Counted from the stretch's first letter, positions 19,841 through 30,642 are shown. The stretch: 64,000 nt of DNA from a virus (IMGVR_UViG_3300022680_000058:64001-128000); one strand, 5' to 3'. The notes: a model not told the origin generated them from the sequence alone. Numbers and translations: made by a program.

Positions 19841-20278
19841 TCATGACTCACCCATCGGGACCATCATGAAGAGATTGTGCGCCTCAGCCTCTAGAGCTAC
19901 CCACGCCTCCAGGTTGTTGTCACGGACAGCGCTGTACTTCTCGGGACACACACGCCCGAGCACCTTGCCCCACGGGACACTGGAGAGCTTCGACGGATCG
20001 TAGCTGAGCATCTCTTTGATGGCAGCCTCGGTGATCATGAATGCCCCATCGATCATCTGGCCCTGAAGTCTCCCACACTCGGAGAGCTCCACGACCTGTT
20101 TTCCGGTCATCCGAAGTCTTTTCGCCGCCTCCACCCAGTCATAGACTGTGGTCCAATCAGACGGCTCGAACTCGACGTCCACTCGTGTGACTCTCGTCAA
20201 CTCCTCAAAGAGAGATGTCTCTCTTCTAATGGCCGTCAGAAACTTCTCCCAATACTGATCCTCTGTCATCTCCATCAC
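19841..20278 (-). CDS. Excisionase-like HTH protein
   Basis: WVEAAKRLRMTGKQVVELSECGRLQG...FMITEAAI. Confidence 0.5.
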   Translation of the reverse strand: MMEMTEDQYWEKFLTAIRRETSLFEELTRVTRVDVEFEPSDWTTVYDWVEAAKRLRMTGKQVVELSECGRLQGQMIDGAFMITEAAIKEMLSYDPSKLSSVPWGKVLGRVCPEKYSAVRDNNLEAWVALEAEAHNLFMMVPMGES

Positions 20279-20606
20279 AGCTCACTCCTTCTCGTCGTCT
20301 CCAATTGGACGCCAGTTCGACATCCGAGGCCTGTTGCATGTTCGACAGTATCCGGAATAGCCCTGCTCGACCCGCTCACCCCGATCTGTCTTTATGGAAT
20401 TCCCACACTCGGAACACACCCCCTTCGGAACGATGATATCGGGCTCGATGCCAGCGAACTCGAAAAGCTTGTTGAGCTCCTCCGGGGACACCTGTGGAAG
20501 TCCCATCGAGACGAAATCCCATCTCCCATCGCCTCGATAGCATGGGTATCCATCCTGACTGTCCCAACGCATCCTCTTGAGGATCGTTCCGACGAGTTCT
20601 TTCGCC

Positions 20607-21083
20607 TCATCCGTTTTCATCGAAATCTTCCTCCTGCCCAAGCTCATAAAGCATCTGAACAAAAACCTTCCGAGGAACCGCGATCCAGTCCTGTTCAGCA
20701 GTCTCCACCGGGCGCCCGAGCTTTCGCCACATCTTCGAGGCTAAATCATCGAGCACACTCTTTCTGAATCTGATCGCAAGAAATGGATGCTTGACGAGAT
20801 CGGCAGCCTCACTCGTGATCTTGTTGAGCCACTCAGCTTTGATGCTGAGACTCTTCCCCTCAGTGGTCTTGCACTCGCCGTGGAACGAAAACGTAGCAGC
20901 ATCAACATTTGCCACATCTCCCTTGGCGTCGTATCGGCTCCCTGAACCCTTCTGTCGCCGACCACCCAGAGTCTTGGCTGTGGACTCCTCGTGGCGTCTG
21001 GGAGCCTCGTGGTTGGTCCTACGCCTATCAGCGTCGGGTCTCGTGAACCTCGACCCGATCGAAGGCCTCTTCTCGTCCCTCAC
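20607..21083 (-). CDS. Hjc-type PD-(D/E)XK Holliday junction resolvase / endonuclease
   Basis: HEESTAKTLGGRRQKGSG..KGDV..ECKTT..SI..EWLNKI. Confidence 0.75.
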   Translation of the reverse strand: MRDEKRPSIGSRFTRPDADRRRTNHEAPRRHEESTAKTLGGRRQKGSGSRYDAKGDVANVDAATFSFHGECKTTEGKSLSIKAEWLNKITSEAADLVKHPFLAIRFRKSVLDDLASKMWRKLGRPVETAEQDWIAVPRKVFVQMLYELGQEEDFDENG

Positions 21084-21481
21084 TAGATCCCACCCTTGAT
21101 GAGCTCGATCAGTGCCCCCATCTCTCTCTGCCTGTCGATGAGGTCTCCGACTCTTCTGTTGGCAACGATCAGAACCTCACGAAGCCTCAACACCTCATCC
21201 ATCAAGGCGTATTCGATCAACTCCTGGCTGTCGTATTCAACACCGAGGTAGTTTCCGATCTCCACAGCCCAAAACGGAGCTGTCCCATTGGGCCATGTTC
21301 CTTTTGCTCGCAGATGGATGACGTCGTTCACATCAATTGTGTGACGAAACTTCATCACGGGGTATCCTTTTCGATACAAGTCTCGAAGGATCTCTGTCCT
21401 GCTGGTTACCGTTTCAGTCATGATGTCATAATATAACCTGAATAGGCTCTGTCAATCAATCAACACACACTTTCGTCCAGG

Positions 21482-21814
21482 TTGTATAATCGAATCATGA
21501 GAGACGTCATAGAGAAGGCCGTCAGACTATTGAGGCAGGGTCACAACAGGGAGGCGCTCAGGGCTCTTGAGAGAGCTCTGGACATCACAGAGACGGCGAC
21601 ACCCATCCCAGCCCCCATCGAGAAGGCATGCCGCCCAAGTTTCTTTGTCGAGAAAGATGGGAATGGAGGACACCTGTGTATTGACGACACAGGATGGCAC
21701 ATCGAGCCGTCAGCGCTTAAGGGTCTTCCGAGCCCTCACGATGAACGGTTTGATGAACAGGTAAAGGAGGTTCTTGACCGAGGAATCGCTACCGGTCTCA
21801 TTCGCCGCCTCTAA
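21482..21814 (+). CDS. Hypothetical protein (isolated plus-strand gene)
   Basis: TATAAT just upstream of MRDVIEK; divergent from a TTGACA promoter. Confidence 0.5.
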   Translation: MYNRIMRDVIEKAVRLLRQGHNREALRALERALDITETATPIPAPIEKACRPSFFVEKDGNGGHLCIDDTGWHIEPSALKGLPSPHDERFDEQVKEVLDRGIATGLIRRL

Positions 21815-22262
21815 CCTCCAAAGACGAGCTCTCGTCAGTATCTCAAACGAAGAGACACTGAAAGCGACGAACAAGACAAAAGTAAAGCCCGCATTGACCC
21901 ACGATGGCTCGTACAACTGATTCTGAGGGACAAGCAAAAGTGCCTGCATACACACATTAAACGCAGCCAGAAACACAAGCACCTGTAGACCAATAAACTT
22001 CAGAAATAACCACCTCATGATTCGTCCTCCCCTCTATTGTTTTGGCGCCATTGACTGCATGTCTTCCAAAAAGGGAGTGGCTCCCACCCCGTCCCTCCGT
22101 AAACACAGTCAATGTACTCCCTGTATCGGCAAGTGAAACATGTCTCGTTTCGACGCCTCCGGACGATTGCTGTGATCACGACGTACAGTATTGCCGAAAT
22201 GGACACGATAATCACCGGAGCGAACATGCACCAGATCACAATGTCTTTCATCTCCATGGCCA

Positions 22263-23555
22263 TCACCTCGCTTGTGCGAGCTCCTTTAGAATAGCTGTTC
22301 TAACGAGTGGGGCCAGGTCAGGATCATTCGTCACAGCCATCTTGAGAGCTGCCTGACTTGCGAACCTCTCACCGGCGATCTCGTACTTCCCGCCGTCCTT
22401 CGGCTTCGCATCCTTGTGTTCTTTGACAAGATATTTCATCGCGTTTTTGAAGATGAAATCGTCCTCCATAACAGTACCGGCTGGAACGTTGTCCGTTGAT
22501 CTCATCGTTTGAGCGAATATCCCCTCAAACCCTCTTGTCGGGGCTGTCCTGTTTTTCGTGATCTTGAAATGGATCGTCTCCTTCACCGGGAAGATATTCT
22601 TCTCTTCCTTCGACCCATACGCCTCCGTGACAGCCTCGACCTTCGACGACAGGAATTTGACCTCTGCATGAATAGCAAAATCCTGCCCCTTCCCTCCAGG
22701 TTTCGTGCTCGGATCACCGAACATGACACCGATCTTCAATCTTGCTTGGTTCACCCAAATCATCGATGTCATGATGCCCTTATTCTTGTTCCGGGCACCC
22801 ATGGAGACCCATCCGCGAATCCCCTTGTTGACCAGTCTCGCCTGAAGACCTTGCTGCCACTTCTCGGCACCTTCTTCGATCTCTGTCCTTGGCGTGAAGT
22901 GAGCCAACGAATCCACGATGACGATGTCGAACATACCCGACTCCATGATGAGCTGGATGATGTCCGACGCCTCTTCACCGTTCTCTGGTCGAACATAATA
23001 GAGACGCCGATCATCAACACCAACTTCACCAGCCCAGACAGGATCATAGGCATCCTCAGGGTCGATCCACGCCGCAATGAACTCCTCGTATGAGTTTTCG
23101 TTGAGCTCATCTTTCCACTTCTCGACTCGTATTTTGTAGTCCTTGGCACTCTCCGAGAACTTCCCCTTGCTGTCCTTCTTTCGTTCCGGAAGAATGACAG
23201 GAAGAACGGTCTTCCCCTCTTTCACACAATCACAGAACGCCTCAGCATGCCACCTGGCGTCCGAATCTTCTTCGAGCTGCTCAGGTGTCGGAGGAATCAC
23301 CTCAAGGTTCTGTGCGGGTCTCAGGCACCTCCGACACAGGTTCTGATTCTTGGCAACGATTCGAGCCGCAGTCGTGGACTTACCGCCGGACTTTTCGCCC
23401 CACAGCATGATGTTCCGACCATGAGGGAACCCACCACCAAGGCCAGCATCCAGAACAATCGATCCTGTCGTGAGCCTCAGGTCTCGTGTTCTGTTCGTTC
23501 CAGCGTTGAAATTCTTTTTGATGAGCTTGCTTGCCCCGATAGCCCGATCACCCAT
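22263..23555 (-). CDS. recA: RecA/UvsX recombinase with a Cys-containing insertion
   Basis: TGSIVLDAGLGGGFP, Walker A GEKSGGKST, IDPE, IVIVDS, QARL, NQAR, FGDP..PGG. Confidence 0.92.
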   Translation of the reverse strand: MGDRAIGASKLIKKNFNAGTNRTRDLRLTTGSIVLDAGLGGGFPHGRNIMLWGEKSGGKSTTAARIVAKNQNLCRRCLRPAQNLEVIPPTPEQLEEDSDARWHAEAFCDCVKEGKTVLPVILPERKKDSKGKFSESAKDYKIRVEKWKDELNENSYEEFIAAWIDPEDAYDPVWAGEVGVDDRRLYYVRPENGEEASDIIQLIMESGMFDIVIVDSLAHFTPRTEIEEGAEKWQQGLQARLVNKGIRGWVSMGARNKNKGIMTSMIWVNQARLKIGVMFGDPSTKPGGKGQDFAIHAEVKFLSSKVEAVTEAYGSKEEKNIFPVKETIHFKITKNRTAPTRGFEGIFAQTMRSTDNVPAGTVMEDDFIFKNAMKYLVKEHKDAKPKDGGKYEIAGERFASQAALKMAVTNDPDLAPLVRTAILKELAQAR

Positions 23556-23619
23556 GAACGCACCTCACCTCTCTGGCATCGTCACAGATGCCCCTCAGTG
23601 ACATTGATTGACATCAAAA

Positions 23620-23988
23620 TCAGTAGCTGGGATCTTTCTTCTTGTTCGAGGCGTACTCTCGAACTCCAGCGACCTCGTCCTCGATGCGTTTCTCGACGAA
23701 ATTCGACGCCCAATCGTCAGCCGCTTCGACATCTTCTGGGTAACACGGGACCTCGATCGAAACATCGACACGAGCGCTCTCGTAGTCACCGATGTTCAGA
23801 GTCAGACCGTATCCACGCCTAACCCTGGCAACGGGACCATCGAACACAGCGACAGCAACAACCTCATCACTGTGGACTTCTCGGCCCGTCCCCTTTCTGT
23901 ACACGTACCTATTGTCGATTCGTGCTACCGTTGCTTCTTCGTGAGGTCCATTCTCCTTCGACATAATCTTCTCCTCCTGAACAGGCAA
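23620..23988 (-). CDS. Conserved phage hypothetical protein
   Basis: GLTLNIGDYESARVDV motif; likely start at MSKEN. Confidence 0.6.
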   Translation of the reverse strand: MPVQEEKIMSKENGPHEEATVARIDNRYVYRKGTGREVHSDEVVAVAVFDGPVARVRRGYGLTLNIGDYESARVDVSIEVPCYPEDVEAADDWASNFVEKRIEDEVAGVREYASNKKKDPSY

Positions 23989-24001
23989 TCAATTGCCCAC
24001 C

Positions 24002-24904
24002 TCATCCAGTTGAAAGAATCCCTTCATCAGGGAGTGGCTTGAATTCAGACCGTTCGAGAGCTTCTTCAATGTCACCCTCAAACCCAATGGGGACTCCGAG
24101 CTCTTTCCAGGACAACCTGATCGCCTCTTTCATCCCCTCATCGACAGGATAAAGGCGCCTCTTGTTACCCACAGCTCGCCTCACAGCCTCCATCATCTCA
24201 AACGTGTAGTACCGATACCTTCGAGTCCCCTGGACGTATGGCGTCCTTGGAATCAGTCCAGTCTGCTCCCACTGGTTCAGCGTCTGGATAGACCGATCAA
24301 CGATGAAAGAGAACGCTCCGATCGAAAACATCGCGACCTCGTTCCCATCCTTCAGCCTAAAGAATTTCGGCCTCTGGCTTCTCGGGACACGAACCATCGC
24401 GTTGGTAACATCCACGTTCACATCAGACACGCCGAGATTGTCCCAAGCATCCTTGATCTCTTTGATCATGGACTCGTCGACAGGGAACAACCTACGCTTG
24501 TCCCCGACGGCACGCTTGACGACCTCCATCATCTCACGAGTATAGAACCTGAACTTCCGCTCCCCATAGACGTATGGGGTATTCGGAATGATGCCGCTGG
24601 AGATCCAGTGATTCAACGTCTGGACAGATCGCCCCACGAACGCCGCGAAATCACCGATCGGATACAGAGTGACCTCTTCCCCATTGTCAAGAGTAAGAGT
24701 CCGGAGCTGCTGGTTCCTCGGGACACGAGCTGTTACGACATCCCGTTGCCTCTCCCGATAATTAGCAGATCTCCTCAAGACTTTGTCCCTGTACTCTGGA
24801 TCGTTGTCGTATCGCTCTTTTCGACGTTTCGCCACGTCACCCTTATTCTTTTCATACCAATTCTTGAAGTAGTCTCCAGGCATACCTCCTCCTAAACAAT
24901 ACAA
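24002..24904 (-). CDS. Tandem MerR-like wHTH protein
   Basis: Two ~85-aa repeats: RVPRxQ..IG.F...V.RS.QTLN.W...G.IP.TPY...R.YT.EMME. Confidence 0.75.
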   Translation of the reverse strand: MYCLGGGMPGDYFKNWYEKNKGDVAKRRKERYDNDPEYRDKVLRRSANYRERQRDVVTARVPRNQQLRTLTLDNGEEVTLYPIGDFAAFVGRSVQTLNHWISSGIIPNTPYVYGERKFRFYTREMMEVVKRAVGDKRRLFPVDESMIKEIKDAWDNLGVSDVNVDVTNAMVRVPRSQRPKFFRLKDGNEVAMFSIGAFSFIVDRSIQTLNQWEQTGLIPRTPYVQGTRRYRYYTFEMMEAVRRAVGNKRRLYPVDEGMKEAIRLSWKELGVPIGFEGDIEEALERSEFKPLPDEGILSTG

Positions 24905-25154
24905 ATATCAGACCATCACATGGGATTGTCAAGGGTTAGAGCGTTTTGGAGGCGATTCTATGCCCCCACGAGCGAACTCTTTTCCAGGGACGTATGAAAC
25001 ATCCCTTGGGCAATGCTTCTCAAACACAGTGAACATCTCATCAACCGCCTTAACAATCTCTCCAGTCGCCACCTCGCCAGCTCTAGCAACCTCTTCCATC
25101 CTCCTCGTCAGAACACGCCTGATGTCGAGCCTGAGAATCATATCCTCGTACTTG

Positions 25155-27038
25155 TTACCCTTTCGAGACCTTGAACTCATTGCTCCAATAGTACCTTTCT
25201 CGCCACGCCACTCTTCGAGAAGAGATCGGGACGCCAATGTCTACGATGTCAAAAATAATCGGGACACCCTTGCCCTTACACTTCCCAGCTTTCCATGGAC
25301 AATAGTGCTCACACTTCCCAGGGTCTTTTGGATCTGGCAAGCAATGGCGCCGACCTCTACCAACAGACTGTTCAACATCAGATGTCGGGGTGGCGAATCC
25401 AACCACATCGATCGGAGGGATATCGGTTCCCTCACTCACCATCTGGAATGACGCAAAAACAACCCTCGCCCGCTCTGCCTCATAAAGCTCCTCATCAGTA
25501 AGAGCTCGCTTCTTTTCCTCAGACTTCTGTTTGATCTTAAAGTACGACGCCAGCTTGTAGAGAGCATCGTTCGAGAGATCTTCAAGGATGATTCTCCTAA
25601 AACCATCCTCGCTGTGATTGAACTTGTCATTCTCGCACTCAAGAAACTTTTGCGGGAATCCCTCCAGGATCTCCGCTGGCAACGACACCTCATGGACCTT
25701 CTCTTTGGGGTGGTCACCCTCTTCATCAATCGGGAGATATCCGGCCTCATCCACAGCGAGACGATGATAGATAGACCCTGAATTCCCTTTCCGACGGCTC
25801 AAGCTCTTGTAGATAGCGTCAATGGCCATCTCCCTGCCGCCATCTTCCATAGGCCAATCACCCTTCCTGAGGCGTGCTGTCTTCACACCGGTAAACCACT
25901 CCCCCACATAGAATCCAGTCGTGATACCAGCCGATGACAAGTCCTTGTCATTCCTCACAGCCGCCATCAGGTCCGATTCCAGGCTCCTCAGGTGTTCGAG
26001 CCGCTCTGATAGAATCAAAATCTTCCGTCCAGATGATGCCTTCAGAGCCTTCTTCGTCTCCTCGATGATCTTCCAGTTCCGAGCCGTCAGCTTCGACAGC
26101 ATCGTGATCGACACAGCGTCATTCATGTCTCTCATGAGTGGTGGAGGCGCCGATACAGGCTTCGGAACCATGACCATCCGAATATACGGTTTCGGCATCT
26201 CTGTGAGCGCCTTGACAATGATCTTGCCAATATGCCACCAGAACACACGATCAGCTCCATCTTTCCGTCTCGGAGTCGCCGTCAACCCAAGACGAATCGC
26301 CGCCGCAAACATCTCTGGAGCCACAGACCACGATGGAGCACCCACGCGGTGACACTCATCTAGAACCAAAACTCCAGGTCTCTCATATAGCGCCCTCGGG
26401 TATCTGTTCCCATCTTCGAGAGCCAAGGACTCCACCATCGCGACAATAATGTCCTTGTCCTCGAAATCACACACCGGACCTCGAACCTGCCCGATCTTGG
26501 CGCCTGGGAAGAACTTCTTCGCCCGAGAAATCCACTGTTTGAAGAGGAGCTCTTTGTGGACCAAAATGATCGCTGGCATCGCCATTCTGTGTATGAACGC
26601 AAGGCCAGTCACAGTCTTTCCAAACCCAGTCCCAGCTTGGAAGATACCCCCAAGAGAAAGTCCCAAATCCCTGTTGGAGTGGCCCTCCAGGCTCATAATC
26701 GGGCTGTAGTGCTCGACGAGTTTGTCAACGATCTCCCCCTGCTCCTTGTATGGACCCTCGTGACGGATAGTTGATTCATACTCTCTCTTCTCACCAAACG
26801 TGAGGTCCCACTCGTACTCGTAGTCCCCTTTCGCCGTCTGGAACCAGAAATCTCTCGGAACTCCGAATTCTATCTCTGTCTCTGACCACGCCTTGATCGG
26901 GGTTGGCTTCACGTCGTCATCACCGAAATTCCCCATCTTCTTCGGGACAATGAGAAGCTTCTCACGAAGATGCTCGAAGACTCTCGGGTCCATCTCAGCC
27001 TTCGGAAGCCACACGAGCCCATCAACTCTGATCTTCAT
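25155..27038 (-). CDS. SF2 helicase (UvsW/XPB-like) with a ~130-aa insertion
   Basis: GTGFGKT, DECH, LTATP, EGTDIP and QSVGRGRR. Confidence 0.9.
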   Translation of the reverse strand: MKIRVDGLVWLPKAEMDPRVFEHLREKLLIVPKKMGNFGDDDVKPTPIKAWSETEIEFGVPRDFWFQTAKGDYEYEWDLTFGEKREYESTIRHEGPYKEQGEIVDKLVEHYSPIMSLEGHSNRDLGLSLGGIFQAGTGFGKTVTGLAFIHRMAMPAIILVHKELLFKQWISRAKKFFPGAKIGQVRGPVCDFEDKDIIVAMVESLALEDGNRYPRALYERPGVLVLDECHRVGAPSWSVAPEMFAAAIRLGLTATPRRKDGADRVFWWHIGKIIVKALTEMPKPYIRMVMVPKPVSAPPPLMRDMNDAVSITMLSKLTARNWKIIEETKKALKASSGRKILILSERLEHLRSLESDLMAAVRNDKDLSSAGITTGFYVGEWFTGVKTARLRKGDWPMEDGGREMAIDAIYKSLSRRKGNSGSIYHRLAVDEAGYLPIDEEGDHPKEKVHEVSLPAEILEGFPQKFLECENDKFNHSEDGFRRIILEDLSNDALYKLASYFKIKQKSEEKKRALTDEELYEAERARVVFASFQMVSEGTDIPPIDVVGFATPTSDVEQSVGRGRRHCLPDPKDPGKCEHYCPWKAGKCKGKGVPIIFDIVDIGVPISSRRVAWRERYYWSNEFKVSKG

Positions 27039-27763
27039 TCAGAACCCCACAACAAGTCAGTAGCTCCAAGGAAAGGCCCATACTTTCCACGCCCAATCAA
27101 TGATTTTGGCATGAGAGATATCGTTCCAACATTTGCATGTGCAACAGGAACAATAAATCGACCCTTTATCTTGTCATCTTCAACACACAATAGATCATAA
27201 AAGTCACAATCTTTCCCATACTTTATGCTTCCAAACTGATACCATCCAGTTTTGTTCAATATCGACGACTTCACATCAACTCTTTTCCCATTTACCAACA
27301 AATCAAACGGAGCCTTTGTTGACTGCTCTTCAACATTCATACCTAAAGCACGAAAAAATACAGATTCACTCCTCTCCCATTTCTGACCCCTGTGTGTCTC
27401 AGAGCCCTTCTGTCCAAGCGAAAGTCTCTTGGCCCAACACCGAAAACCACCTCTTTTCGAGATCACACACGCCAAATCATTTCTACCAGCATTTCGCAGC
27501 TCCCCTACGGAAGGCATTCTTCCGAACTCCTCACAAAAAGGTTGGAGTTCGGAAGTAATACGCTCCTCAGTCCATGGAGCACCGCCCCCCTTTGTCTCCA
27601 ACCCAAGTTTCTTTGCCCAAGCATAAAAACCTCCGGTATTCGACACAGCAAACCCAAGACCACTTAGCCCAGCAGCCTTTAGCTCGTCGTTTGACGGGAG
27701 CCTTCCATCAGACGAAAGTTTTAGAAGAGCGTCACCAATTGCTTCATCTGTCCATTTTTTCAT
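27035..27763 (-). mobile_element. Putative free-standing homing endonuclease (helical repeats plus PD-(D/E)XK domain)
   Basis: Two KWT.E..P...EL...G...L....GGF..WAK.L repeats, then PFDLLVNGKRVDVK; visibly more AT-rich than its flanks; sits between the SSB and helicase genes. Confidence 0.65.
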
Positions 27764-27808
27764 TCACCAAACGTACATGATGAAGCAATCAGTGTCCAAT
27801 AGAAATCT

Positions 27809-28621
27809 CTAATACGGAATGTCCTCATCGAGCGCATTGTCATCGGAGCTGTTGTCTTCCTGGCCAGAACCGCTCCCACCGCTCGAAGAGCTCGAAGGAC
27901 CACCGAGGAGAGTGAGGAGGTCCGCATTGCTTCGAGGCTTGATGATTTCCTCGAAGTTGTAGGGCTCGATCGGGTTGTACTTCAGGAATTTCTCCAGGGT
28001 CATGTGCTTCTTCTCGTCGTCGATCCGCTCGTTGACCCTCTTGATGTGATCCGGGAGTTGAGCCTTGACCCATGCGACCACGGCGTCTGGCTCGATGACC
28101 TCCACGACCGTGATGTCGTCACCCACACGCTCCGTCTGCTTCCCTGAGCGGTAGCAGTCGATGACGAGCCCGCGAAGGTGCCCATGCTGCTCCTTCAGTC
28201 TCTTGAGCTTCTTGAGGGTCCCCGGTCTGTCCTTCCCACCGAGTTTCGGCTCGAAGATCTTCCGACTGAAGCACCAGAGCCTGCCGTCCTTCCCCTCATT
28301 CGGCGTGAGCGTGATGATGGTGTGGAGCCCGACGAAATATGGCCGCTTGTCCGGGAATCTGTCACAGACGGCACACACGTTCTCCATGCGATTGTTCCGC
28401 TTGCACGGCTCGTAATTGTCCCACGAACCGTTGGCCTGGAACTTGTGCTCCCAGAACATCATAGGGTCGTCATCGAGAATGATGACACGCTCGGTCTGGT
28501 CGACGTTGACCCAGAACCTGGACGGCCCCTTTGAAGGGACATCATCGTAGGCGTGATCCGTCGCTTCGTACCCAGTTTTGAACCAGCTCACTGTCTTCAC
28601 CTCCGTACTCAATGAGTACAC
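27809..28621 (-). CDS. ssb: Phage single-stranded DNA-binding protein
   Basis: RFW..RVIILDD, C..CxxC Zn site, Ser/Gly linker and acidic tail DEDIPY; located in the replication cluster. Confidence 0.7.
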   Translation of the reverse strand: MYSLSTEVKTVSWFKTGYEATDHAYDDVPSKGPSRFWVNVDQTERVIILDDDPMMFWEHKFQANGSWDNYEPCKRNNRMENVCAVCDRFPDKRPYFVGLHTIITLTPNEGKDGRLWCFSRKIFEPKLGGKDRPGTLKKLKRLKEQHGHLRGLVIDCYRSGKQTERVGDDITVVEVIEPDAVVAWVKAQLPDHIKRVNERIDDEKKHMTLEKFLKYNPIEPYNFEEIIKPRSNADLLTLLGGPSSSSSGGSGSGQEDNSSDDNALDEDIPY

Positions 28622-28655
28622 TTTCCAGTGCTTTCTCGCACCCTGTTATCCGACA

Positions 28656-28683
28656 ATATTAACACATAGTAGGCAACTGTCAA
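28656..28683 (-). promoter_or_regulatory. Sigma70-like promoter for SSB
   Basis: TTGACA-N16-TAATAT; the TGA inside the -35 box is the primase stop codon. Confidence 0.6.
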
Positions 28684-29876
28684 GCTGCAACATCAAAAGG
28701 TGGCGGACCCAAGAGGTCCAACAAACCATCGGCCCCCATCCCCCCAGGATCTTTACCTTCTTTCGGTATCCTTGCCATCACTGGGATACGCCATGCGATC
28801 TTTGCCCTGATCTCCTCAGCCATCTTTCGACCAGCAGCATCACCATCCGGCACGACAAGTACCTTGTTGTAGTAAGCGATCAACTTCTCGATCTGGCTGT
28901 CACCAGGTGCGGACCCGAGCAGAGCAACCACAGGGCGATACCCGAACTGCCAAAGAATCAAAGCGTCCAGGTGTCCCTCTACGACATACACGAGAGAATC
29001 ACCATCCTGAACACGATTCTCCCCGAACAGGTGAAGGTTTCGCTTGAACCCGTCGTTGTGAAGATACTTTGGCGTTGACGGCTTCTTACAGCCCGCACAA
29101 CGCTCTTCATCACCGGTAGGCTCTCCACACCTGGAACACGCCAGCACGCCGTCAGGCTCCAGATGACGACACTCCACACACCGATTCTCTCTGGTTGTCT
29201 TGGATGACCCACACCACTGGCAGGCGTAGCGACGTCCAGACACCGCCACAAGGCGTCCAGAGCGGTCCCTCATCGGGATCAGAAGTCTCCTCATCCTTTT
29301 GTCGTGGCCGAGCTCCCACGCCTTGCACGTCTCGATTGTGAGCCCACGATCCAAAGCATACCTCGGGATGCTCCCAATAAATGGCTCATAGTGAGACCAT
29401 GGGATCGACAGGACTTCCTCGGCCTCCCGAATGGCTTCTTTATTGTGCCAGGCAATATCCTCGTCTGTCCCCCCCGCATCTTTGATCTGTCGCTCGATCT
29501 TCTTCTTCTCAATCTCTTCGTGGGTGATCTTCAGGACACGCTTTCTGGCCTGATGGATGGTCGCATCCACCCCTTTTGGAACCTGCTCAGACTCGCCATC
29601 GAGATACTCAATGAACGGAAACAGGTCCGCCCCTGTCTTCGACATGTAGAGGAGGACAAGGTCTCGAAGAGGGCCGCTCTCGTGACATGTCCGGCATGCA
29701 TAGATCGGGTCTCCGCTCCCCCCCTCAAGAATGACCATCGATGGTCGGCTGTCTCGACCCTTCGCATGTGTCCATTGAGCGAGAAGGCAGTTACACCTGA
29801 CCTTCATGTTATCCTTGGTCGACACCTCCCGAGCCCCAAGAGCTCGCACGATCGACTCCACCTTGTAGACATTCAT
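28680..29876 (-). CDS. DNA primase (Zn finger plus TOPRIM) with a multi-CxxC insertion
   Basis: C..H..D..PS..CxxC, IPMRD..GR, PKY, VVEGHLD, PDGDAAG, KDP; ATGA overlap fixes the start at 29876. Confidence 0.9.
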   Translation of the reverse strand: MNVYKVESIVRALGAREVSTKDNMKVRCNCLLAQWTHAKGRDSRPSMVILEGGSGDPIYACRTCHESGPLRDLVLLYMSKTGADLFPFIEYLDGESEQVPKGVDATIHQARKRVLKITHEEIEKKKIERQIKDAGGTDEDIAWHNKEAIREAEEVLSIPWSHYEPFIGSIPRYALDRGLTIETCKAWELGHDKRMRRLLIPMRDRSGRLVAVSGRRYACQWCGSSKTTRENRCVECRHLEPDGVLACSRCGEPTGDEERCAGCKKPSTPKYLHNDGFKRNLHLFGENRVQDGDSLVYVVEGHLDALILWQFGYRPVVALLGSAPGDSQIEKLIAYYNKVLVVPDGDAAGRKMAEEIRAKIAWRIPVMARIPKEGKDPGGMGADGLLDLLGPPPFDVAA

Positions 29877-30642
29877 TTCGATCGCCAGAAAGGATGAGGA
29901 CCCACAGTGTAATATGGATTGCTGAATTGACGATGTACCCTGTGTTCTTTTTCGAGCTGTCGAAGGGCCTTTTTGACAAAGTAAAGTGTTGGCCTCCCCC
30001 ATGTCTTCGGACGGCTCAGCCTCTCCACGATCATCTGTGGATAGTTGACCCCATGAGAGACGCTCTCGAACACTTCTTCCTTGAATGTCTTGAAAAGCTC
30101 TTCATCGCCGAGAGGGCTATCAGTCTTGAACCCCATCGAACAAACCTCCCTGCCTTGGCGCCGATTTGAGCTTCCGCCTGAGCTCAACGTTCTCTTTTTT
30201 GAGGCGCTTGATCTCGCAGTCCTTACAGAACCCCTTCGGACCAACGATATCTACCTCCCAAACGAGCGCCCCACAATCCTGGCAATTCCTGGTATCCATC
30301 AACAGAAGTACTGGCCAAGAGAGTTTTTGTGGTTCTCCACCCCCTGGATGATTTCCAGGAACTCTGCGCCGGTGAAGACCTCGCCGTACTCACTCTCGAT
30401 AATATTGACCCCAAAGAACGCCTCACAGAGCAACTCGACGTTCGACCGGTGGATTGCCCAAGCAAACATCTTCGAGCTTCTCAGACCAACATGACATTGA
30501 GGCGCATCATCATGCCTCATGGTCCGAACCGCTGGGCACCCATGTGACACCTCGACGAAAGCCTCTTCCCAGCTATCGACCGAAATGTTCGTTTTCTGGC
30601 AAATGTGACGAATGAGGTAGAAATTCTTGCTCATGGATGGAT

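Noticed and set aside
25515-25900. Helicase or RecA insertions as inteins
   Set aside because: No Hint block A/B or terminal Asn plus nucleophile motifs.
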